A stretch of DNA of 64,000 nucleotides from Klebsormidium nitens. Lineage: Eukaryota; Plantae; Klebsormidiophyceae. Positions 51,234 to 63,741 of the stretch are shown one piece after another. The translations under genes and the position numbers were made by a program. The stretch is taken from the NCBI GenBank assembly GCA_000708835.1, contig DF237000.1:190166-254165 (forward strand). Direction: 5' to 3'. The notes below the pieces were generated by a model, which saw nothing but the letters and a program-made list of their open reading frames with translations, did not search any database and was not told where the DNA came from. Each line of letters starts with the position of its first letter. Positions within the stretch are counted from its first letter, which is position 1.

Positions 51234-52597
51234 GCATTGTATGCACTCTTGCAGCGACGCTTGAGCACAGCTAGCTGCCTCACAAATTCTTTGTAGAACA
51301 CATATTGAAGCGACACAGAGGCATCGATTGAAAGTAGGGTTACCAAGTAGATGCGAGGTAAAGATTTGCTGGCACGCGCCAGGACATGCATCCCGCTCAA
51401 GTTGGGGATTGTACTCGTTTGAACACGTCAAGTATACAATCATTCACATAAAATGTAACTATCGAAAAGTGACGGTCATCTGGCCGCGTGCAGCGATCTA
51501 TCAAGGGCCGGCAATGATGAGTCATTGCGCTTCGATCAGAATTGTTCGAACATTAATCTGCCTGGGGCGGGTCATGGCATGCCAATCGCGCCTTTGCTTG
51601 CATGAGCCATGCCACTGAGTCTCGTGCACTTCGCGAGCTGTCGATCTGAGTCCGTATTATTAGGCCATTGCATGAATGAAGCTCATGGCATGCGCAATTC
51701 TCAACCAGGCGGCATGCATGTGATGCATCCGATGATCCAGGCCAGGCTATACTTGAAAATGCCGACTGGAGATTTTCTGGAAGATTAATCTGTCACGATC
51801 GGCCATCGATATATATTGAACTTAGAACTTACAACGATCACGTATCGGTTCTTAGACTCGGAAAAAGTTAGAAAGTTATATGTACGTCCTCACAATACAA
51901 CCGATGTCGGATCAACTTTTGTGATCAATGCATCCCAATTGACTCGGAAGCTAGGTTAAAATACTATAATGCAGCTGAAACTTGATAGAGTTGCACTGAC
52001 CATGGTCCATATATATACTGATATTTCCTTGCTATCTTAGCATGCATGAGATCAGGCTCCGTTGGTGTTTTCCAATACGAAAGATCTCTGCACATATTCG
52101 ATCATACAAAGCGAATTCAATTCAAGATCGAATTTACGGCCCACTGTTGGAGATTTCGCGAACCATACAACTGCTTAAAGCAGTCTGGGGACCTGCTACT
52201 AACCCAACGTTTAAATTACGCAAACACCTTGAGGGAAACACCAATCGGTGGGCCTACATGCGGCACGAAAAGGTGCCATAGCGCGGACCGGCGCAGCGCA
52301 CGAGGGTGTCCCGCACAAGCGGCGGGGCGGTCAACAGTTTGCGAGCTGCCCCAACGCCCGACTCGTCGTCCTTGCCGACCTGTGCACGAGAAATTAGACG
52401 CATGGTTAGTAAGGCTTTGGGTCCACGTTAGCTTGATTTCGACTCTACACCTACTTTGTGCACGTGGGAGTCGCGACAGCAGGATGTTGCGCCACAACCG
52501 CCCGATTCGAAATCGCTTTCAGAAGACGGAATTGGTTGACCAGGCAAAGGGTCGGAGCTGTTCTAAACACACGAGCGTGCGTTCGACACAAAGCCAG

Positions 52598-52815
52598 CCT
52601 TCGTATTGCACATTCGGTTAAACCTGGCCGCCTGACCAAAGTTCTATTTGAACGGAACGCAGAACTTTGCCCTATGCGCAGAAATTGAACCCTACGATGA
52701 CCCGGATGCCTTTCATCCAACGGCCTCAGTTATGCGACTCTGGAAAAGTTCTGCGACTGGCTCGATACGGACCCTGGTCTGGCGGCCAGGTTTGCCCAAA
52801 CCTGCAATAAGCAGA
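52598..52815. repeat. Imperfect inverted repeat with ~70-nt arms and ~70-nt loop
   Basis: Plus 52598-52672 (..tattgcacattcggttaaacctggccgcctgacca..cgcagaacttt) aligns without gaps to the reverse complement of 52742-52815 (..tattgcaggtttgggcaaacctggccgccagacca..cgcagaacttt). Confidence 0.75.
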
Positions 52816-55800
52816 AACGCTGCAACCACCACGGGTCAACAACGAATGTTGCAGGTCGCAACGTACGTCCCGAGCGCCCACCTGACAACTGAAGAGGTCG
52901 AAGCTGCAGTCTGCGGACACCAGGTCGGACGCTTCGTACTCGTCGTCCGTGCCTTCCACGTACTCACGGTGGAGCAGCCCCTCCAAGGTGCCCATCGCCA
53001 GGCGTTCTTCCACGGCGCCTTCGCGGAACATCTGACCAACGAACTGCGAGAGACATCGTACGACCATCACAAAACGACCCCCTCCAACAAATCGACGCAT
53101 GAAGGATGGGCAACGAACATCAAATTAGTTTGACACCACAAAGGCACCAAATTTGCTTTAAACGACTGACTGACGCCCAACTGATCCGCGGCTTTTGGTC
53201 GTCGAATATGCTTCAGGTTCAATCTGGTGTTGAAATTGTGTCGGTTCGGAATCTGTTGAGCGGCTAACATTATAATTAACAATTTGGTACGGGTATGGTT
53301 GGTGCCTTTTAGGCATGCACCAATTGGTCGGGGTGGGGGAGGTTTCTGGTGTCGGATTACAGCCGACTTGAACGGGTCGTATTGAGGAAGGACCCCGTCA
53401 CAAAGTGCAGGGCACACTTTTCCGTGACGCAGTTCTAGTCGCGAAAGACGATCACTGGTCTAGCGCGGTTACAAGGCGGCGTCCTTTCTCAAGCTGTACA
53501 CCCTCTGATGCTCCCATCCATTACAGCAATTTTATCTACTAACCGTGGCTGGTTGTGGGCTGGTAAGAAAGTGGTTGATTGTCCATTAACCAGAATCAGG
53601 CGGTAACCAGCAAGGCTAAGGCCTTGTTATTCGTCCAATAACCGGAAAAACAGGTCTGGTAAAAGCCTGGTTAGCAACCAAACGTCCTGTGCTTTACTTC
53701 AGGGACTTCAGCAAGCTCGACCAGTGGATGTACAAGGCCCCGGCAAGAATACCAGTGTCAGGTCAGCACGGTTGCTTGAGAGAGTAGAGCCTCACCCCAT
53801 GGACGCTCGGGCCTTGAGTGAACGACTTGATTGCCAGGTTGAGGAACTGCACGGGGGGGTCGGTGAAGAGCTCCTCCTCAAAATCGCGGCTGATCTCCAC
53901 CTCGAGGAGGCCCTTAAGGGTGATAAGTAGACCGGCGTCTCTCTCTGAGGAAGGGACGACTTTTGCAATGCCGTCTGTGCTCGTCCAGCCCGCCTGGATA
54001 CGTGGCCAACAGGCGTGTCAGCTAAAACTTATAAGCCGTTAGCAATGATCTACATCAGTAAAGCAGCCTTTCAAAAAGCGAGATATCCGAATCAGCAAAA
54101 CATTAGGCCCCGGAACATGGATACATTGGGACCTCGTCCCGGACTAAGATTCAGAAGCGCGTGGCAAGGGCCCGTTTCGGTCGACAACTCGGCAGACAAA
54201 GCTATCTCACGCTGGGCATATGGAACGACGAGGACACCCCCTCGGGAAATCCGACAGGGGAGTTGAGAGCAGCACTTTTCTCAAAACTCTCGACAGCTTG
54301 CAGGCCAAGGGACTTCAGCGCAGCGAGCTTCGTGAAGTTTTCAGAGTGAAAAGGAAATCAGAACTCACTGCGTCCAAAGCGCCGAGCGCCTTCCCCTCGA
54401 AGTAGACTGAGAAGGGGAACTTCTCGTACGCAGTTGCACTGCGGTCCAGCCAGATTGCAAGTCGCTGCACCGCCCCTTCTGCGTTGCGGTACAAGAAGCC
54501 CATGCCGTCCATCCACGTGCCCTCATAAAAGGGCGTCACCTCGGACGTCCGCTGCTCAACGATCAGGGCGTCCGGAGGAAGACCAAACATGTGGGCATTG
54601 ACCTGAAGAAACAAGAGCTCCAGTCTGAATCATTCCACTTAGTATTGATACTGAGTGAAGCCAATGGGACAAGATAGTGTCCAGCTTGTCAGCTGACGAA
54701 CAGAATGGAGCTATCTAGAACAGCAAGCGTGTAGCTTTTCACGCAGTTGAAGTCTTGTCAAAGGCTGCTATTGACAAGCAAAGGTCCACGGAAAGCCAGC
54801 CAATAAGTCTGCTAATCCGGATACCATAGCGAGGAAAAGTTGTATGTCCGAGTGCCTCTTCACACTGAATTGAGAGCACCTCCAATCATGCACTTCAACC
54901 CCAGCAAGAGACGCTTGCTTCAGGATTGCCCAGGTCGGTAGAAAGCCTCTGCAAGCCAGTCTATAACTCACCGAGAGATGTGTGTCTGTAAACATACAGT
55001 AGGCCCTGTCGGGTAGTCCATGGAAGTCGAAGGAGAACTCGGTGTGCTCTGTTTGGTTTGGGGGCAGGAGGCCAGGCAGGTTTATATGGGGGTCCTTTTC
55101 AATGGTAGCTGCACAGAGAAGAGACGCGCGATCCCATTTGACTTACTTTTCCTGGAGCAAGACGGAAAAGCTAGCTTTAACATTCAAGCTCCTTATTGTT
55201 GCATTGCTTGACCACAACGAAAGATTGCACTAATGAAAGGCGATATCTCGATATCCAGCAAGACAAGAGAGGGCACAAGCAAGGCTCTTGATCCAATGTG
55301 CTTCAAGGAAAGCAACAAGTCACATCATATGCATATCAGAGCTGCAGGTCACCAGCATTTTTAAACGAGTGGCCCAAAAAGTTGTCTTCCTAGGAGCTCA
55401 CCTGCGACACATGTACCTTCAGTGCAGGTTTCAGTACTACCACAGCATTTGGCCCCGCAAATTTTGGAGGTTGCACAGCACCCCCCGCTGCCGTCGCAGA
55501 CGCCACTGGCACAGCAGTTCCTCCCACAAACATTTGCACTTGGACAGCACGCGGCCCCGTTGCTGTCACAGACGCCGCTTGAGACGCCAGTGTCGCAGCA
55601 ATTGGTCCCACAAGTAAGTGCACTTGGACAGCACGAAGCCCCGTAGCTGGTGCAAAGGCCGTTGGCACAGCAGTAGCTCCCACAGATGTTTGCACTTGCA
55701 CAACACCCGGGCCCGTTGCTGTTACAGACGGGGGAGGTGCCTGGCGCACGGGAGGGGGAGGGGCAGCAAGTCGTGCCGCCACAGCTCGACCCTGATGCGC

Positions 55801-56563
55801 AGCAGAGACTGGCGATGGGACTTGCACAACTCGTCCCTGCCGCGCAGCACGCAGTCCCACACAGTTGGCTGGTGGGGCAACAAGCCGACGGCAAGGTCTT
55901 CGAGTCGCAGATACCTGGGAAGTTGCAGCATGAGCTGCCGCACAAAGTTTGCCCTGGATCATTGCAACAGACTTTTGTGGTTGCTCCAAAGAGGGTACCG
56001 GTCATGCAGGACTGCCCGAGCGAGCAGCACGTCGCGCTGCTGCCAGTGCCACAGACCCGGGCGTTGGGGCAGCATGTAGCGCTGCTGCCGGTGCCGACGC
56101 ACGTGTTGCCCGCCGGACAGCATGTGGGTCCGCAGCACGTGTCTGCCGACGAGGAACAGCACGACCCTCCGCAGCACTTTCCAGACGTACAGCACGCTGC
56201 GCCTGCGTACACGCTCGTGCTGGTCATGATGCTGCAGCACACGCTTGCCGGAGTCGCATATTGTTGCGCTCCGGTGGGGCAACAGATCGGCAGGCTTGAG
56301 TAAGACATGGATTGGCAGGAGACCATGGTGGAACCAAAAGTCGAATACTGCGGGCAGCAGGTATAGGTAGAGAAGCCAGCACTGGGGTCGCTGGTAGAGC
56401 AAACAGTGCCCGACGAGCAGCATGTGTTGCCCCCGCAACATGTGGTGCCCGGTGCACACTGCTGTGCGGTACCGCACGGAAGGGATTGCCCGCGTGCGCC
56501 AGGGGCGCGGGCGCCGATGCCCAAGAGGATGAAAAGAACGATTGTGGGGGGCAAGGAAGTCAT
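52730..56563 (-). CDS. Secreted cysteine-rich (CC-repeat) protein with C-terminal Root_cap/VWD-like domain
   Basis: Phase-consistent exons 56563-55402, 55108-54972, 54602-54369, 53993-53796, 53043-52882, 52801-52730 (last exon tentative). Hydrophobic signal peptide MTSLPPTIVLFILLGIGARA, then ~360 aa of C-x(n)-CC repeats, then TIEKDPHI..FDFHGLPDRAYCMFTDTHLSVNAHMFG..TWMDGMGFLY..SVHGFVGQMFR..YVEGTDDEYEASDLVSADCSFDLF. This parallels the DP(H/R)F..FYFHG..VNA.F.G..TW / GVLGQTY motifs of plant root-cap/LEA-related proteins. Confidence 0.85.
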
Positions 56564-59362
56564 TTCGGACTCTGGTGCCGGCGTCCTGGTGGCTAAGTGA
56601 CTATCAGCCGCTTGATGCGCCTTTCTTGCCAAATTGGCTGGTTGGAGTTTCTGCTGCAGATTCACACCTCCAACAGTCGTTTCGCAGCGCTCAACTTAAG
56701 GTGCCAAAGGGGTGCCAACGGCACGGTCGGAGCTGCTGGGGACCAAAGATATTGCATCATTCACATTAGAATTTAGATAGTATTCAGTGAAAAGGAGGCC
56801 GGGTCCTCCTTAGATCACAGTGTGTCTCAGGCTCTGCCAATCACAGTCCTGGCTGACATCATTTAGCTAGTCTCGTCACCTTCATCACCTGCGGCCGGCC
56901 AGGTGTCGTAGGCCTAATAGCAGCGCCCGGGCGACAACCCCGAAAGTTGACCCGCGGACTGAAATTGACCGTAACCCGCCAATATTCAGTCGGCAGCTTG
57001 GGGCCGCCCATGTCGACCGAGGCCCTGGGGCCTGGCCCCTGGGCCGTATAACTGAGCGGCCCTAACTGCGGTGACGCGACTGCTCGTACCGGTGCTCGGA
57101 CTCCGAATCCTGGTGCAAACGACGCAATGACGCATATGTATTTAATGGCCATCATGATTAGTCGCTATAGTTACTGCAGTTCCGATGTCTGCGTTCCGCC
57201 TGAAAATGCATATTTAATGCAAGTACTGACACTTTAGGAATAGGAAGCTTTACGAATAGTATATCACCATTGACCATCCTGGGACGGATAGGGTTAGTTT
57301 GGGCCAGTCCGGGTAGGAATATCTGCGGAGCGGGTACTTTGTATAGGTTAGTATTTTAGAGCTTGGTTAAAGCCTACAGCTTACTACTCTTGAAGTGTCA
57401 ATGACATGCATCATGCACGACGACAGCGGCCCCGGCCCGTAAAGCTCGGACTCGAGTCGAAGCCGGCGATGCTGGGCGACATGACACATGCCAGCCTATC
57501 ACTGGGCCTCAAGGTTCACGCTGCATCACGCATATCTGCCAGCTCAATCGCCGTAGTCCGTACTACGTAGCGTCCGAAGGCATATCGCTAGGTCGCGGGT
57601 TAGAACTCGACTCCATGCCAGCACTCTTTCCTTTTTTGGATGTTTCCGGGAAAAACTCGCGTGCTTCACAAAAAGGTTCGTAATAACCAATGAATTGGGG
57701 TCGACACCAGATTTCTAAGAATTAAGACGCAAAGCTTTCCATGCTCACTAGAACTCGCGCGGCTAATCTACGACTTTGTACGCCTTTCGAGTACAACGAT
57801 TCTTTTTGACAAAAGCTGCATGCAAATGGGGAAACACAACAAGCCATCATAATTGTGTTCACAAGCAGCATTAGGAGCGAGAAGCCATTTGAGGTGTCCG
57901 ATCAAGACAGGCCGAGCCAAGTTACCGTGCAGAGGGGTTGCACTACAATTATGAGACAATCTGGCGCATGTCATAGTATTTTATATTGCCATTTTCGTAA
58001 CGGCCACCGCACATCAACTTTGAGCCTGGTGCTTGCACTCGGTTCAAACCGTCATGTCCTAGGAGTTGGCAAATTACTATAAGTCAGATTTCGGAACCAG
58101 TTGAGACTGGCCCCAGTCCGGATCCGTAATTGTATAAAACCTCGATCTGACTCAACTGGGGTGTACGTATATGCATTCAATCTTATCAACTAGTAGCAGC
58201 CATCGCACCAACGGCCATCATGGCATTTAGTAGGATACCAATGATGCAATTGAATGATGCTTCTTGGGCTGCCATTGATTTGCATCTGGCGTGAGGTTAG
58301 TTAACCTCATTGAACAAATCGACGAATATGTACAAGTGTTAGCTGCTTACAAATTAACCTGATTCGATCAGGTTTGAATGCTTCATAGTCCAGAACGATG
58401 TTTCAATGCATGGGACTGGGTGACGTCAAAGGACTTGACAGACTGCACATCATATATAGAAGTTCACCAGATGAGCATGTCATACCATCTTCCAGGCCAA
58501 CTTATTGATCGTGACGAGGCCCAATGAAAGCTCAAAGAAAGCTCAGGGTCAGCGACATGAAACAGAGGACAATCAGGCTTTATGTTGAGTGCGTATCAAG
58601 TTCAACTACTATACCCAGGAAAGATGCCCAACAGGCGCCTGAATCAACCTACAGTGGACGCACAATCAGCGAGATGCACACCCCAGTCAGACCCACTAAT
58701 CCCGTCGAATGGCGCCCGCTTTCTTTAGCCGCTTCTGCAAGACAATGACAAAGAACTTAGGATGCGGCAGCAAGAAGCTTCACACTGCACGTCAATGCCG
58801 TTTCACAGCGGGCACTCCTTCCAGTCAGTGGTCTTGGCTGAGCTGGAAACACTCTCTCCTACAGTCTCCCCTTCTGATGTACTGACACAAATCGGAGACC
58901 AGGGAAAGACGCATCTTATCGGATGCAGTACCTGATGAAGAGCTAATTCCATATGTAGAGTCAAGTATCGTCTGCTTTACTTCGCTCCTTAAGTGACTGT
59001 AAGATAACGGTTTTGGCCCTATCAAAAATCGGTAATCCTAAGATCAGCGGGAAAAGCGACTCGCCTACTACAAGCTGGGCCGACACTCTGCGAACTGGCT
59101 TTATCATCGAAAGTGCCGCGGCAAAAGCTAGACACCAAGATTCATTGAGCTGTACCTGGCCAGCAGGTCAAGCGCACTGAATTGATGAATCAGAAGCGTC
59201 GAACCTGAATGACCTCTCACTTGGAAAACAAAGCCAATCGCTTCCGCTGATGGAATGACCGCTCATTGACGTGGAAATGCAAGTATACTATGCGCGCAAC
59301 TCGGGACTGACCTTTCGAAAGGGAGACAAACCTGTTTTCTTTCCTACAAGATCAGACGGTCA

Positions 59363-62300
59363 TCACGATAGCCGTACCTTAGGGACCTCTTCATGCAGTC
59401 GCAGGACTTCGTCCACGCCCGCGGCCTCACGCGCATGCACCAGCGCGAAAGCCCGCAGCAGCATTGCCTCCGCTTGTCTTTTCTCTTCCGCTTTGTCTTT
59501 CTCCTGCTCCAAATCATGCTCAGCCTTTGCTTTCCCGTCACCGGACGCCACTGTCAACACGGGACCCAAAACCGAGACCAAGTCCCGATACATCGCGAGG
59601 GCTGACTTTAGGACAGACACTGCACGCGCTTTCCATTCCGGACCCTCGTCTGATTCAGTCAAATTTTTGACTCCTGCGGGTTGCTCCTTGTCGGGGGCTT
59701 CCGCTGACGCTCTCTGACTCTGGCTCCTTCCCCCCTCCCCGAGTTCGCCCTGCTTTCGGGAGTGGCTCCGTGCACCAAGCGCACGCAGCAAGGGGTGGGA
59801 TTTTCCGGGCGTTTCGACCCCCCCTTCGACGGAGCGCCGCGACCTACGGGTGGCTGCTGCCACAGGCGAATCCTCTCGACCGCCCCCGACGACAGGTGAC
59901 AGAATCTTCTGCGTGCTGCCGTCATGAGGTGCCGCCAAGCTGACACCTGGCGATGTGGGAGCAGAGCCTGCGCCTGTTTCCTTCCCTGGCCCCGCTGCAG
60001 CCGTCTGGATTTCCGTCACGTCCGTCCGTTCCGTTTCCGGCCCCTCGTTCCGTTCTTGTTCCGCTACTCTGCTCCGCTTGGCCGCTCTTGAATCTTCACC
60101 CCCCTCCACCGTTGCTGCTGGGTCCGATACTGAGCCCAGCGTTGGTACGGCAGTCGGCGAATCTCCCCGGTGTCTCTTCGGCCCTTCTAAGCTGGAAGTC
60201 GTAGCAGGCGATTTCCCCAGGGTGGCTTCCTCCAATTCCTCCGACGCCCGCTTGCGCTTCTCTCCCCTCTCCTCTGAGGCCCCTGACACGTGGCGCTCGT
60301 CTGCGGCGGCCCCAGACGCTTCATGACGTGCCTCTTTACTGCCTTCAGAGATTGGCTCCCTCGATGATTGAACCTCCGGCAAACCCTCCCTCACACGAGT
60401 CCCCTCCTCACCCTCGTTTGCCGCCTTCTCCGCGTTCCCTGTTTCTGCTGCGAGTACCTCGCCCGTTCTTCCACCATCCTCCAGCCCTTCCTTGTCCGAA
60501 GCCGTGGCTCTGCTGCGCTTCTCCGATTCCGCCAAACCCTCCAAATCCTCGAGGGTTTCTGCCAGCGCGGCCGCCCAGGCCGCGCTCGCCTTTCGGCAGA
60601 GCGCCAAAGTGCCGTTGTCGGCAGTGCAACGGTGGCTGCGCGAGCGCTTTCGGAGGCGCTCGTAGGCGGCGCCGAGTGCGGGGGCGTTGTGCGCGCGAGC
60701 GAGGCTGTCGATGTAAGACGACGAGTATCTGCAGAACGGAGGGGCTCACTAATCAGGTGACGATGCGAGCACAGTTTGGATCAGAATTGAAGTTTTCTTT
60801 TCTCCAAAGTGACTAGTCGATGCTCTTCAATATTGCACTCTTTGGAGATGACTCTGCTTGGCCGCGGGGCAGGAGTCAGTACGCCGGGAAAGCATTCGCT
60901 GTTTTTTTGTCGTCCGCGGCACATTCTGCACCCGACGCTCCTGACGGAATTTCGGCTGTCCGAATCAGATTGACGTAACGACACCCATTTGTAAGTAGCA
61001 GAGTGCAGATGAGTGGCGACTGATCACCTGAAAAAGTCCTCTTCCTGGACGCCCGCAATCGGCTCTCGCAGCTCCCGTCCGAGTTTCACCTCTTCTAGCG
61101 CTTTCAGGACCGTGGCTTTCCAGTTGCCCGCGTTCTCCAGCCATACGCCGAACGCTTGCTCCAGGAGAGGTTTGAGGGTTTCGGCGCCGGGGCGCAGCTG
61201 GGCGCGCCGAATGGCGGCCGCGAGGACGGCGACGTACAGGCCCATGGCGAGCTGGGCCAGGTCGCTCAGGAAGAAGGAGTACTGTGGGGAGAAACAGGCC
61301 GGTTAAGGAGCCAGGGTCATCAAACCGGATTAAGGATGGCAAGTCTGTTCAAGTTGAAAGCTTGAATAGGAAGCTTGAGTGGCTTCATGTCGAACCACAG
61401 TTCATCCTATCGTACCTCTCTGTCAATCCCGCGTCCCTTTCTGCATTTCCGTCCATCACTCAGTTGCTTTTGTTGGTTGCGCAGATATTGTCGTGCGTGC
61501 TCAAGCCCTGTCAGCCCGCACAGTCGCGGGTACAGCGGTGGCATATCAACACCTCTCCCTTCCGTTTTTGTTTGGAAGGTATACTACCTCCCCTACTACT
61601 TTCTCAACTTCTGATCTGTGCGCAAAAGTGCGCTTTGCGCTTGAGCTATCTGAACGTGACCTCAGCACGTATAGCCGCAGACACGGAAAGAGCATGCATG
61701 TGTTCCCTTTCGTCCCTTTGACCATTCGACTTTAGTTTCCGTGTTTCCCCGTTCTCACCTTCTTGTAGGTGCGCGCAAAACGTGCCCCGTCCGCTCGACC
61801 GCCCCCCCAGTCTGACGTCAGCCGCACAGCCTTAGATGCATCATCATCATACAACCTATGTTTCTCTTTCCCTCTCAATTTTGCAATCCTCGCTTTTGAT
61901 TCTCACCTTCTTGTCGGTGCGCAAGAAGTGCGCCGCGCGCTCGAGCGCCTCCCAGTCTGACGTCAGCTCGCACAGCCGCAGGTACAGCATCAGGTACTTG
62001 CGCACGCACGTGGCGAACTTGCGCGCGCTCTCCGCCAGGCTCTGCTCCACGTGGACCCTGCGGCCACACGGCAGCGTCGCCGCCTTCCTGCACGCGTTTG
62101 GGGAGGTTTTGGGGTTTGGACAGGGGAATTCATGCAAAATAGTTGACAATTAGGAGATTAAAAACAAGGTCTCAAGACCTGTGAACGGTTTTGGGCTGAG
62201 GTTCGGGTGAGGAGCGGAGACTCACAGTCGAGACAAAATTGAAAGAACTTGGGGAAGGCCTAGAGGGAAGCACGGGTTTTTAGAAACAATTCTTGCGTAA

Positions 62301-63741
62301 GGGTCCTGGGAAAGGTTCAGGGCTCAGAGCTCCTAATCTCTAGCACCGGCTTCGAACTGGGGTTGAGAAGCGAGGGGAGTTCGAGCAACGTATTTTTTAT
62401 TGCGACTGAAGCCTGCGTATGAACCAGTTAGAACATTGCTGACTTGCCAATCCATGAAGATGGCTCCAGGTTTGTCAACAGCGTAACGGCTCCTCGGCCA
62501 TTTGAAATATTAATGCTTGAGAAGCTAAAGATTGTGCTTCGCCATAGGTAGACGAACTCCATTATCCAAAGGCAAAAAAAGCGCCGCAATCAACCGCTCA
62601 CTTCTTCTTCTGCGCGTCCAGCTCCCACACGTTCACGCAGAAGGCCCCCTTGGCCGTCCGGAAGAAAAACTCCAGCTCGGTCTTCGCCGCGTCCACCGCC
62701 GCCCGCTCTAGTTCCCCCCCTGCCCCCACCAGCAAAGCATGCGCCACGCGAAAGCGCGCCTTGTGAAAGTGCTTCAGCTCGTTGAAGATGCAGAACCGCA
62801 GCCCGGCGACCGCGTCCTCGTGCAAAACCCTCCAAACCTCGGCCAGGGGCGCGCTCGCGGCCGGCTTCGCGTCTTCGTGCGAAAGTCTCGAAATCTCGGC
62901 CGGCGGGGCGGCCGCGGCCGGCTTCGCGTCGCCCGATCGCCTTCCCTCGTTTTCGACATCCGTGTCTGTGACTTCCGGACCAGTTGCGCGGATCTCCGGG
63001 CGCTTCTCGTCGACGTCCGTACCAGCCTCTCCGGTCCCCACTTGTATATCGGCTCCCCCTTCGACTTCCATCAGTCCAGCGCGTTTCTCTAACAAGTCCG
63101 CTTCACCAATCATGTCAGGAGTCTCCATAGACTCCATACGAATCTCCATTCTCTCGTCTGCGCCCTGAGTATTTACCTGAACACCTGCCGGCGAACTCTT
63201 CTCAACATTCGTTTCCTCGTCTTGAGCTTCCTTCTCCAAACTCTTTCCGCCGCTTTTCTGCACAGTCTCCTCAAGCGCTTTCCCCTCTCCCGCTTTCTCC
63301 TCGTCGCTCTGTTCTCCAACATAAGGGCCCCGCACTTCCGCCTTCATCGCTAACCCCCGCAGCTTGCGCGCCGTCGCCGGCAAGAAACAGTGCCTCGCAA
63401 CCGCCTTCAAACCCTCCCACACGTCCGACTCTCCGCCCGCTCCCTTTCCTGCATCTGCCGACGGCATTTCCTTTGACGTCAGCGCCCCTTCTGACGTCAG
63501 CTGCTCTCCTGACGTCAACCCACCGTCCAAAACCCGTAGATCCTGGATCGCTGACCACGTCACCGGACGCGAGCGGAGCTCGCAGAGCAGTTTTGCGCGG
63601 GAGGCGTGTAGGCGGTAGACCGGGAGGACAACTAGACCGGCGGAATCGGACGCCCGGCCGTACAGGTCCAGCGCTTCGGACGTGGGGCGTCCGAGCTTTT
63701 GGGAGAGGCGGCCAAGGGGGATCAGCAGCTCCCAGTCGTTG
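59363..63741 (-). CDS. CABIN1: Calcineurin-binding protein 1 / HIRA complex subunit CABIN1, 3' portion (5' exons beyond the window)
   Basis: Exons 63741-62602, 62087-61907, 61281-61028, 60728-~59378 (terminal exon uncertain). Motifs DWELLIPLGRLSQKLG..LPVYRLHASRAKLL, FHKARFRVAH..AKTELEFFFRTAKGAFCVNVWE, ESARKFATCVRKYLMLYLRL and ERLRKR..CRKASAAW match the C-terminus of plant CABIN1 (Arabidopsis At4g32820) from recall. Confidence 0.85.
61600..61850 (-). repeat. Two downstream decayed copies of a CABIN1 exon 3' end and donor
   Basis: True end ..ctgacgtcagactgggaggcgctcgagcgc..cgcaccgacaagaag|gtgaga at 61907. The copy ending 61760 keeps gtgaga; the copy ending ~61607 has ttgaga and is more diverged. 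Period ~150 bp. Confidence 0.85.

Noticed and set aside
54768-54995. ORF RGFLPTWAILKQ.. as a coding exon, with a 14-nt micro-exon upstream
   Set aside because: It would need a 23-nt intron, and a better single exon (55108-54972) supplies the conserved DPH..FDFHG..VNA motifs.
55147-55151. 5-nt micro-exon (ctccag|GAAAA|gtaagt) in the Root_cap gene
   Set aside because: The splice signals look good, but exon 1 (phase 1) joins exon 55108-54972 in frame without it; inclusion would frameshift the KDPH domain.
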